DNA of 64,000 bases from Macrostomum lignano (taxonomy: Eukaryota): positions 184,189-248,188 of the forward strand of contig NIVC01000508.1 of the NCBI GenBank assembly GCA_002269645.1. The letters run 5' to 3'. The position numbers and the translations under genes were made by a program. Under the pieces are notes generated by a model. That model saw only the letters and a list, made by a program, of their open reading frames with translations, did no database searches and was not told the DNA's origin. Positions 19,630 to 34,658 of this stretch are shown piece by piece. The stretch's first letter is position 1. Every line of letters begins with the position of its first letter.

Positions 19630-20565
19630 TGAGGATTTGAGGATCTGTGAGGCTGGCTCAGCAACTGACACTCTGGGAGGCTGGCCCAGAAACTGAGGAT
19701 CTGGGAGGCTGGCCCAGCAACTGAGGATCTGGGAGGCTGGCCCAGAAACTGAGGATCTGTGAGGCTGGCTCAGCAACTGACACTCTGGGAGGCTGGCCCA
19801 GAAACTGAGGATCTGGGAGGCTGGCCCAGCAACTGAGGATCTGGAAGGCTGGCCCAGCAACTGAGGATCTGGGAGGCTGGCCCAGAAACTGAGGATCTGT
19901 GAGGCTGGCTCAGCAACTGACACTCTGGGAGGCTGGCCCAGAAATTGAGGATCTGGGAGGCTGGCCCAGAAACTGAGGATCTGGGAGGCTGGCCCAGAAA
20001 CTGAGGATCTGGGAGGCTGGCCCAGCAACTGCGGATCTGGGAGGCTGGCCCAGAAACTGAGGATCTGGGAGGCTGGCCCAGCAACTGACACTCTGGGAGG
20101 CTGGCCCAGCAACTGAGGATCTGGGAGGCTGGCCCAGAAACTGAGGATCTGGGAGGCTGGCTCAGCAACTGACACTCTGGGAGGCTGGCCCAGAAACTGA
20201 GGATGTGGGAGGCTGGCCCAGCAACTGCGGATCTGGGAGGCTGGCCCAGAAACTGAGGATCTGGGAGGCTGGCCCAGCAACTGAGGATCTGGGAGGCTGG
20301 CCCAGAAACTGAGGATCTGGGAGGCTGGCTCAGCAACTGACACTCTGGGAGGCTGGCCCAGAAACTGAGGATCTGGGAGGCTGGCTCAGCAACTGGGGAT
20401 CTGGGAGGCTGGCCCAGCAACTGAGGATCTGGTAGGCTGGCCCTGCAACAGAGGATCTGGGAGGCTTGCCCTGCAACAGAGGATCTGGGAGGCTTGCCCT
20501 GCAACAGAGGATCTGGGAGGCTTGCCCTGCAACTGACACTCTGGGAGGCTTGCCCTGCAACTGAG
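19630..20565. repeat. 28-bp GC-rich minisatellite, array 1
   Basis: Unit ACTGAGGATCTGGGAGGCTGGCCCAG(C/A)A, about 33 copies; contains the GCTGG-C-CCAGC micro-palindrome. Confidence 0.96.
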
Positions 20566-21359
20566 GTAAGATAAAGGGTTATTTTTGGTTAGATTCGGTG
20601 TCATTTGATGACAGATTGTAGGGTTATTTGAGGTCAGGATTGCGGTTATCTAAGGTTAGTTTTAGGGTATATGAGGTCACATTCGGGGTGATTTAGTTCT
20701 TGATTGGTTCAGTCTTAAGGCCTAAAGTCTCCTAAGCTAGGGTGAGGTTAAAGAAGTAGTTTGTAGTCAGCCTTAGCTGTCGTTTGAGTTCCGACTTCAC
20801 GGGTCATTAGAGTTGAGGCATAAGGGTCATTTGAGCATAAGGAACATTTAAGGTCAAGCTTGGTATTACTTAAGTTACGGTTGGGGTCATTATAAGTTAA
20901 ATTTGATGTCATCTGAGGTTTAGTCTAAAAAGCGATCATTAAAACTTACAGACTGATCGATACTCGCTGACGATGACAACACGGTCACGGACGGGATAGC
21001 GAATTTCTGTTATATGACAGCTACACCAATAGAGAAGGGTGCTCGTGATTCAGGCTGTCAAGCAACCGTTGACGCCTTCGTCGCCATATTAGCCGGTGTG
21101 ATCGGCTTGGCGCCTGGAACATCATTTGGCAACGTTTAATTAATAATAACGACGATACGCTAATCGCACTACTAGCAAGTAGAAAAAACTGACTTTTCGG
21201 CTATTGCTATTTTTAGCATATCAACTTAAAAATTGTTGATCTAGTCATTTACTTCTCAAACTAAAGCGCTTTGAAATCATGAATGTAAAATGGCGGTAGT
21301 CTAATGACTTCTTTAGAGCAATTCTGAACGCACCAATTAGATCTGAGTGGCAACCAGTG

Positions 21360-21985
21360 AGGCTGGTCCAGCAAAAGGGGATCTGGGAGACTGGCCCAGC
21401 AACTGGGGATCTGGGAGGCTGGCTCAGCAACCGGGGATCTGGGAGGCTGGCCCAGCAACTGAGGATCTGGGAGGCTGGCCCAACAACTGGGGATTTGGGA
21501 GGCTGACCTAGAAACTGAGGATCTGGGAGGCTTGCCCAGCAACTGACACTCTGGGAGGCTGGCCCAGCAACTGACACTCTGGGAGGCTGGCCCAGCAACT
21601 GAGGATCTGGGAGGCTGGCCCAGCAACTGAGGATCTGGGAGGCTGGCCCAGCAACTGAGGATCAGGGAGGCTGGCCCAACAACTGGGGATTTGGGAGGCT
21701 GACCTAGAAACTGAGGATCTGGGAGGCTGGCCCAACAACTGAGGGTCTGGGAGGCTGGCAGCCCAGCAACTGAGGATCTGTGAGGCTGGCAGACCAGCAA
21801 CAGGGGATCTGGGAGGCTGGCCCAGCAACAAGGGATTTGGGACGCTGGCCCAGCAGATAAGGATTTTGAAGGACGGCACAGCAACTGAGGATCTGGGAGG
21901 CTGGCCCAGCAACAAGGGATTTGGGACGCTGACCCAGCAGATAAGGATTTTGAAGGACGGCCCAGCAACTGAGGATCTGGAAGTG
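21360..21985. repeat. 28-bp GC-rich minisatellite, array 2, same family and orientation
   Basis: Same unit as 19630-20565, more diverged at its right end. Confidence 0.95.
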
Positions 21986-22243
21986 TAGGAATGCCCAGCA
22001 ACTTGAAAATGAAGAATTCCCTACCAAGAAATCCCTCATAAGCCCATAAACACCCTGATGTTAATACAAACTAGCCGAACTCCCTAACGGTGAAACAGCA
22101 GTTTGTCAAGCGCATAGCGATCGTATTGCACAGAAGTTGCATGTGCCTGCAGCTCAATAAATTTATATTTTAAATAGAAATGCAACACGGCATAGCAGAT
22201 TCAAGTTCGTGTGCGAATAATTGCAATTCTTAAGTTTCAATTG

Positions 22244-22653
22244 ATGCAACAAAATGCAGACGCTGCTCAGCCGCCTTCATCACCAACTGTATGTCTGACC
22301 CTAAAAACAACTTCAGAAAAGAAACTGGACCTAAAAAATCCCCTGAAACGGTTTTCGGGAAACGGGGTGGGAAAGTTGAAATTAATTTTCGAGGAATTTT
22401 TTTCAGCTCATAATCATCAATAATACTAACAGTAATATCAATGATTGCGCACGTACTTTTCGGTGTCGCAAAAATTCCGCCAAACTGAAAACCCTAAATT
22501 ATTGATTAGAAAGAAGTGAAGATCCAGTCGCATCTGCCAGAAGACCACTGGAGACAATCGACGAAGAGAAGCGCTTTGCCCATCGCACAGTCTAAAAGAA
22601 AACCTAAAAAAAAGATCTGGCTAAATAAAAAAACTGCTCAGGCCGCCGCCTAA
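22244..22653 (+). CDS. Possible 2-exon micro-ORF, 62 aa, Lys-rich
   Basis: ATG 22244, donor GTATGT at 22289, acceptor TAG at 22509, stop 22651-22653, phase 0. No homology recognised. Confidence 0.25.
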
Positions 22654-22949
22654 AAGTTCGGCTGAAATAAGTAAAAAAGGCAACAAGTTATTTGCTTTGC
22701 ATGGCCAGTTGTGCCTTCATTACGACTTGTGTTGATAAAAATTGAAGTTTTAATATAGCAATGTGGGGGCACTAAATATTGATTTCTATATTTTTGTTGC
22801 AGCCTGCAGGGTGTCATTGGTTAATAATAATTAATGCGCCTTTGAAAACTTCAACAGGGGATGAACAGGTCTGTATTTATGGTAGAGTGATGATGCTTGC
22901 TGGGACTGCATCAAGGAGAGGCATTCTTCATCAAATAGAGAATAGTGGA

Positions 22950-23395
22950 AGAGGAGAGGGCAGATCGTGAAAGAAGAGGGAGAGGGAGAGAGGAGAAGAG
23001 AGGGAGAGGAAAAGAGAAGAGGGAGAAGGGAGAGTGGAGAGAGGAGGGTAGACGGGGAGAGAAGGGGAGAGGAGAGGAAAGGAGAGGGAGAGACGAGGGT
23101 AGAGGGGGAGAGAAGGGGAGAGAGGAGGGTAGACGAGGAGAGAAGGGGAGAGAGGAGGGTAGACGGGGAGAGAAGGGGAAAGAGGAGAGGAAGAGAAGAG
23201 GGAGAGAGGAGGGTAGACGGGGAGAGAAGGGGAGAGAGGAGGGTAGACGGGGAGAGAAGGGGAAAGAGGAGAGGAAGAGAAGAGGGAGAGAGGAGGGTAG
23301 ACGGGGAGAGAAGGGGAGAGAGGAGAGGAAAAGGGGAGGGAGAAAGGAGAGTTGAGAGAGGAAGGTGGATGGGGAGAGAAGGGGAGAGAAGAGCA
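22950..23395. repeat. GA-rich low-complexity tract with ~29-bp internal repeats
   Basis: Purine-only tract with recurring GGAGAGAAGGGGAGAGAGGAGGGTAGACG. Confidence 0.9.
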
Positions 23396-24129
23396 TAGGA
23401 AAGCACGAGACAGGTGCCAAAGGCCGCAATAGAGAAGGCTGCTGCAATGTGACTCTCCCTAAAACAATGAGACGGAGAGGCTGCACAGCAGGATCATCAA
23501 TAATTAATTAACCGGCCGACATTGACAGATCCACACCTGTGCCTGGGGGAGGGAAGAGAAAAGATAAGAGACATACCTAAGCGAGAATGCTTCTATTGCA
23601 AACAAAGAAGAGCATGACAGACCTGAACCGGAAGCGGCAAAGAATGCACTTCAATCGAACAGTGCTGCTGTTACCTAGTCTGAAAACAGCAACTTGAACC
23701 AATATTAAATAGGAACTGCGGAATTACTGTTATCGCATTCGCAAGAACAGACTTATCGAGAGGAAAATTCAACATTCGTAGCAAATTAAATCAGAATAAA
23801 AAAAGCTTAAATTACTACTCGACACGAGGGATGAGTACAGTATAACAATTTTTTTGTGAAATTACGCTTACACAAGACACACATGAATTAAAAACAGGCA
23901 TTTTATTACTTAGAAAATTCAATGCATAAATCCCTATTTTAGTGAATATTGATAATAGTATTAATAACAATGAATAAGCCGCTTAGCAAAGCCAAGCATG
24001 CCAGCTTCTAAATAGCAGAGACAACAAATAACAATGACAAAAATTAAACACAAGACACAATTTACAGAGTGCTGCGGCTGCATATGGGGAAGGCGGCCTA
24101 GGATCCCAACGGAGTCCCAACATATCAGA

Positions 24130-25660
24130 CCTTCAGTCCCAACATTCCAGATCTTGAGTCCCATCATTTCAGATCTTGAGTCCCAACATTCCAGATCTCA
24201 AGTCCCAACATTCCAGATCTTGAGTCCCATCATTTCAGATCTTGAGTCCCAACATTCCAGATCTCAAGTCCCAACATTCCAGATCTCAAGTCCCAACATT
24301 CCCGATCTCAAGTCCCAAAATCAGATCTTGAGTCCCAACATTCCAGATCTTGAGTCCCAACATTCCAGATCTTGAGTCCCAACATTCCAAATCTTGAGTC
24401 CCAACATTCCCGATATTAGGTCCCAAAATCAGATCTTGAGTCCCAACATTCCAGATCTTGAGTCCCAACATCTCAGACCTTCAGTCCCAACATTCCAGAT
24501 CTTGAGTCCCAACATTCCAGATCTTGAGTCCCAACATTCTAGATCTTGAGTCCCATCATTTCAGATTTTAAGTCCCAAAATTCCAGATCTCAAGTTCCAT
24601 CATTTCAGGTTGTAAGTCCCAACATTCCAGATCTCAAGTCCCAAAATCAGATCTTGAGTCCCAACATTCCAGAACTTGAGTCCCAACATTCTAGATCTTG
24701 AGTCCCATCATTTCAGATTTTAAGTCCCAAAATTCCAGATCTCAAGTCCCATCATTTCAGGTTGTAAGTCCCAACATTCCAGATCTCAAGTCCCAAAATC
24801 AGATCTTGAGTCCCAACATTCCAGAACTTGAGTCCCAACATTCTAGATCTTGAGTCCCAACATCAGATCTCAAGTCCAACATTCTAGATCTCAAGTCCAA
24901 CATTCTAGATCTCAAGTCCCAACATTCTAGATCTCAAGTCCCAACATTCTAGATCTCAAGTCCCAACATTCTAGATCCTCAAGTCCCAACATTCCAGATC
25001 TTGAGTCCCATCATTTCAGATCTTGAGTCCCAACATTCCCGATCTCAAGTCCCAAAATCAGATCTTGAGTCCCAACATTCCAGATCTTGAGTCCCAACAT
25101 TCCAGATCTTGAGTCCCAACATTCCAGATCTTGAGTCCCAACATTCCAGAACTTGAGTCCCAACATTCTAGATCTTGAGTCCCAACATTCCAGAACTTAA
25201 GTCCCAACATTCTAGATCTTGAGTCCCAACATTCTAGATCTTGAATCCAACATCAGATTTCAAGTCCCAACATCAGATCTCAAGTCCCAACATTCTAGAT
25301 CTCAAGTCCCAACATTCTAGATCTCAAGTCCCAACATCAGATCTCAAGTCCCAACATTCTAGATCTTGAGTCCCAACATTCTAGATCCTCAAGTCCCAAC
25401 ATTCTAGATCTCAAGTCCCAACATTCTAGATCTCAAGTCCCAACATTCTAGATCTCAAGTCCCAACATTCTAGATCTCAAGTCCCAACATTCTAGATCTC
25501 AAGTCCCCACATCAGATCTCAAGTCCCAACATTCTAGATCTTGAGTCCCAACACTCTAGATCCTCAAGTCCCAACATTCTAGATCTCAAGTCCCAACATT
25601 CTAGATCTCAAGTCCCAACATTCTAGATCTCAAGTCCCAACATTCTAGATCTCAAGTCAT
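24130..25660. repeat. 22-bp minisatellite, about 68 copies
   Basis: Unit AGTCCCAACATT(C/T)(C/T)AGATCT(T/C)(G/A) with sub-array variants. Confidence 0.96.
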
Positions 25661-25893
25661 ATCATTGCAGGTTTTAAGTCCAAAAATTTTAGATTTTGAG
25701 TCCCAACATCCTGGATCCACTGGGTATTAAAATCCCATACTATAGGACTTTAAAGACAGACCTTGAGTCCAAATATCCCAGCAACAGATGCTCACACGTC
25801 AGCTAAAAAAGACAAGCAATAAACTATGTAAGCTGAGCCACCGGCGGGCAATGCGAGCAGACAAGAGGAGAGACGGGTAGCCGGCTTATATTT

Positions 25894-29625
<3,732 letters not shown>

Positions 29626-32600
29626 TTAAATGCCACTTTTCTTTTCACATAGAAGCAGCTATATGTGTCCACTGTGATAGTCAATTTCAAGTATTTTTCG
29701 ATGCCTACAGCTCACCCTGTGCAGTTTGTACACAATGGTATTGAGTCATCGATAAAGCTGAATGAGGCTATATTTGGCACAAGTTTCCACAGGTGCATGT
29801 TATGGGATTGCAACATCCATTGGACACAAGCTACTCGTACATAGCGCAGAATTTAACCTACTAACATTTAACTGCTGTACAATTAAGCCAAGGACACATG
29901 GCGCTGTATACAAAAATTGATGTCCTTGCTATACCTGCTACCACAACTGATTGAATAGGAAAGCTAGATGATGAGAACTAGCCTTTTATTTGCTTGTTTA
30001 ATTGCTTTTATATAAAAAAGCATCTTTTGTGACTCTTTAGGCTTGGCTTTTGTCCCATGGAACTTTGCATTGTGCAACATGAGCAATGTCAGGCATATTG
30101 TAGTGTACAAAGCCAGGCTTTTAATGTTAGGCAGTAACACAATAATAGTAATCAGTTGGCACTGCATCTACTAAATGCTTGTTCTACCTTTTTAATCCAG
30201 TGATTTTTCACCTTAGTGAATTTAGATGGTGATAGTTATTTTATTACAAATTTTGTTTCAAAAAGTTATAGCTAGTTGCTTTAGATATTATACATAGGCT
30301 TGCAAGACTGCTATAGCCTACCACTATGTATAAAATATTTTTTTTGCTATAAAACTTCCATTCTAAGACAAATATATTGACATTCATTATTTTTATGATG
30401 GTAAATGTTATATATGTATCTATTATTATTGTTTATATTGGCTAGTATATATCTTGTCAGCCTAGAACTTTTATGGTATCAACTTTGAACACTTGGCCAT
30501 AACCATAGCCACCCTTCCTTTTAAGCTTAAGAAACTCAATAGCTAAGACCTTTCTTAAATATAACTTAATTCTTAGTTGTATTAAGTATAATTTACAATT
30601 ATATAAAAATTAACTTTCCTGGCATGCTATGCAATTGGTCAAGGCCTTTATTTTCTATTCTAGTATAGGCTTATAGACAGCATGTTTCATGATTTGCAAT
30701 GAGATATCATTGATTCATTCAACTAAGGCTATCACTACCTAATAATAACTTGTTGCCAAAATATATTGTCTTTACTCTGATTAAAAACCAAAAAACATTA
30801 TAAAGTTAATTCAAATTGATCACACTAATAAACAATATTTTTTGGCAATTATAACTTTAAAAATAAAACTTAACTTAAAAGCACTTACTTTATGAGTACT
30901 AATTGCAATCAAATTTTAAATAAAATAGACTATGGTTAGCATAGCCTAGTTCAATAAAAATTATTATCCAAAAATCCCTATGACAAGATATTAAGCTAGG
31001 AGAATTGACATCTTTTTGTTTCTTCACCAAAAGATGTCAAATGTGCCTGGGATAGTATATGTAATTTTATTAAGCTCTAGCTCATTGCTAAATGGATTGA
31101 ATATAAAAAAATGTCTTTTCCCTATCTAATTAATGTATTTTTCTTGCAATGAGAGCTCAATTTGTCTATGGCCATAGACTAAACTTCAACTTCTTGAGCT
31201 GATGAGCCATATATCTAAATATACTAAATCTTAAATAACTAAACATGCTTCATATATACATTCTGACCCTGGCTAACTGGTGGATTGCATAGACAATTGC
31301 TTTATTCATAGATTTCACTCAACTGTGTATTGGCTCTACCCATACACTAAGCAGCCTATCACTGCTATGTATTTGACTATAGTGCCAAAGCATATATAGC
31401 TAATACTAAAAAATGATCTGCCTGTGTATGTCTTGAGTCTCTGGTGCTTGCTAAGTCTCTATTGGATACTTGCTTTCTGGGGGGTTGCTTACTGTCTAGG
31501 GGATTGCTTGCTATTTGAGGAATACTTGCTGTCTAGGTAGGGGATTGCTTGCTGTCTAGGGGATGCTTGCTATCTAGGGGATTGCTTGCTACATTACATC
31601 CTTATTAAAATTATTATTCTTTCTTTGCTCCCTAACAGGGGGCTTAAATTGCTAGTCATCAGATATCAGATATACTAAAAATGAAAATCTTGCTTGCTTG
31701 TACGCAATAAATTATTTTTTGAGTGGCTCAATTGATTTTTTCTATTTCTTTACCGAAAGATATCAAATGTGTCTAGGATAGTATATGTAATTTTTTAAGC
31801 TCTAGCTCATTGCTAAAGGGATAAATTTTCAAAAAATTGTTTTAAATGGGCTTTTTCAATGTGAATTTTATCAGCTTGCACACAGTGAAAGACTTCATCG
31901 CCAATTTTAATGATTGTATCAACAGATTCAACACCAACTAATAACAAAAACTCACTCCACCCCACTACTCTAGATAATTACTTTATTTAACTTGCATATA
32001 ACCAATAAAGGGGGATATTGGCCTAATAAAAATTCTGGATACTAGTAGAGCCACCCCAGCTAGTAGGCCTACAAAAAGTAAAGATAGGCCTAACAAAATC
32101 ATTTCTAAAAAGTACAAGAGTATCTAAAAATATTATGGGCTATTCCATATAATTATGGTTGTAACATGATAGACTATTTTTACTTGTAAAATGAAATCTA
32201 AGTCAAGAATATGTTTATAAAGTTTCATATAGATATCAGCATTAGTATAGATACTATTAAACCTTGAATGGCACTTATGGTCGTAACAACAGGATTTTTG
32301 ACATATAGAAACTAAAAGGTAAAAGTCTTATAACATTTTTCATTTTTGACATTTTGCAATAATTTTTTTAAATTAGACTAAGAACATCTTTAAAAGTCAT
32401 ACTCTTTTATTAGAATATATAAACTTAAAAAGGCAACAAAGATACAAAAGAAAAGGCAGCCTTATGGTTGTAACATATTTTTTTCTGTCAATTCAGTAAC
32501 TTTGAACCAGTTTGAGGTACTAATATATTAAAAATATAATAGATTATATGGTTGCTAATGTTTTTATCTGATGATGCAAGTACTATAATTTTATAGGCCT

Positions 32601-32821
32601 ATATAGTTTGTTTTAACCTTTTAAAGCTTTCTATTTGTTTTTAAAAGGTATATAAATTTAATGATGTCTTTTGCTTAGAAAATGTCTAATTCTTTACAAA
32701 AATAACTTTTTGCCAATTGATAACATACTAATCCAACATTTTATCATTTGTTTATTCTTAGATTGTATACATTACATACAAAAAAAGATTTGGTAAAATT
32801 GGCTGATAAGGCAATGACAAG

Positions 32822-33560
32822 TAGAGCTCGAACGGGATCCCGATCCCGATCTCGAATTCTCGGGGTCCCGAAGATTTTTTGGGAATTCGGGATCGGGATC
32901 CCGAAGGCTTAGAGAACTCGGGATTCGGGAGCACAATAGATTGATAATGAAGATAATGCTTTCAACAATCAAGAGCAGTAATCAATACTAAGCTAATTTT
33001 TGTAACAGCAACTATAAATATGTTGAAAGTCTGACCTTGAATTCACCAAATAAAGCAGCAGATTTTTACTTAGTAACAGATTTGTAAAGAGTTGTACTCG
33101 TAAATAACGAACTAACAAGTATGAGGCTTTTCACGAAGCGATTCCAGAAACAGAATTTTACAAGAAAAAAGACAAGTATAACTTTGGCCATCAACTTTTT
33201 CGTCAACTTTTCCGTTAAATTTTCTATTAACTATTCCGTCAACTTTTCCATTAACTTTTCCGTTAAGTATTCCGTTAACTTTTCCATTAACTATTCCATC
33301 AAGTATTCTGATAATTTTTAGGCTATACTTTGGAAAAAGGGTCTGAAACAAGAATTGACAATATGAAAAGCCCCTCATGGGTTTATAGTCAGATAAAACT
33401 ATCCTTGAAGCCTTGATTCATTAGTTAGTAAGTAATATATTCCCAGATCCCAGATTCCCAAATCCCGAATCCCGAATACTAATCCTGAATCCCGATCCCG
33501 AAATTATTTTCAATCCCGATCCCGCCCAATCCCGAAAATTCTACTCCCGTTCGAGCTCTA
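32822..33560. mobile_element. Non-autonomous hAT element (MITE), 739 bp
   Basis: Perfect 16-bp TIRs TAGAGCTCGAACGGGA / TCCCGTTCGAGCTCTA; 8-bp TSD ATGACAAG (32814-32821 and 33561-33568); subterminal ATCCCG repeats. Confidence 0.93.
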
Positions 33561-34049
33561 ATGACAAGCAAAAATATTGACTTTTTTCTATTTTCCAAAT
33601 ATGTCCATCTTATATGGAATGGGCCTATTACCTGAAAGACACAACCAAATGTTGAGTTGACCTATATACTAACTTGCTTACCCAATATTATGCTAGGCCT
33701 ACACTTATAGCCAATGGCTATGTATACAGATGTCAATGACGAAAAACATGCAATTGCAAACTGATCACATAAATTTTGATGAACAGAACAAAATGAAATG
33801 CACATGCACATGCAAAAAAATCGGCTATCCTGCAGAATTGTTTGTTAAACTAACTGTTACGCACATTTTTTAGCTATTGACACGAAACTTTCTAAAATGA
33901 TTTGCATTGATTTCTATCAATAGTATCATGTCAATGACAATACTATAGCTACAAAAATGTGAGTACAGTGCAGATATAACCAAAAATTCTGCAGGATAGC
34001 CAAAAAAATCAACAATGTCAAATATCAGTTGTGACTTGTGGTGACGCTG

Positions 34050-34658
34050 CCGCCGTCATCTTGTCTTGAGTAGTCAGGCTTACCGCTTAGGCCACTTTAG
34101 GTCGTAAAATTTGAAATTTATAAATTCTACGAAATTCTCATGCTTTAGGTGTTCAAGGCTCCAAAGTCAGGCATGGACTCCAAATTTGCCAGTACGTGTC
34201 AAAACGCAGCTCAAGTTGCAACAGGTTGCAACTAAAAACAATGAATTATAAACGGGCCAATAAACCAATAAACGCGCCGGCGGTATGATCTATCCATGCA
34301 CTAGACGCAGGTGACCCACAAGTTAAAATAAAAAATTTAAACACGACGCCTTTCTATAAACTATTAAACAAAAACTATAGACATATTTTTACTTTAATTA
34401 TCTTGTGAACCTATCAGCTAATGTTTTATATACAAAAATACCTTTAATTTCCATTAGCGGAATATGCAATTATTTCATGTTTTTTTAATACAGGTTTGGC
34501 ACAGGGTGATTTTTATCGAAATTTAAACTGCAACGTAGAAAACATTTTTGAGTCCACGTCATTTATTTAAAATTTGCTATTTAGTCATATTTTAGTGTTT
34601 CACCGACAAGTTTTTTCTGTGACTTAGCAAAGTCTTTAAGAAACCAATAAATGCAATT
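34050..34658. promoter_or_regulatory. Candidate bidirectional promoter between U2AF2 and SYVN1
   Basis: CpG-containing patch inside AT-rich DNA; CCAAT at 34257, 34265 and 34644; two GTTGCAAC palindromes; minus-strand donor GTAAGC near 34083 may end a U2AF2 5'UTR exon. Confidence 0.5.

Noticed and set aside
19552-22039. Long ORFs (up to 263 aa) over the 28-bp arrays
   Set aside because: Produced by a stop-poor 28-bp unit cycling through frames; no domain or splice support.
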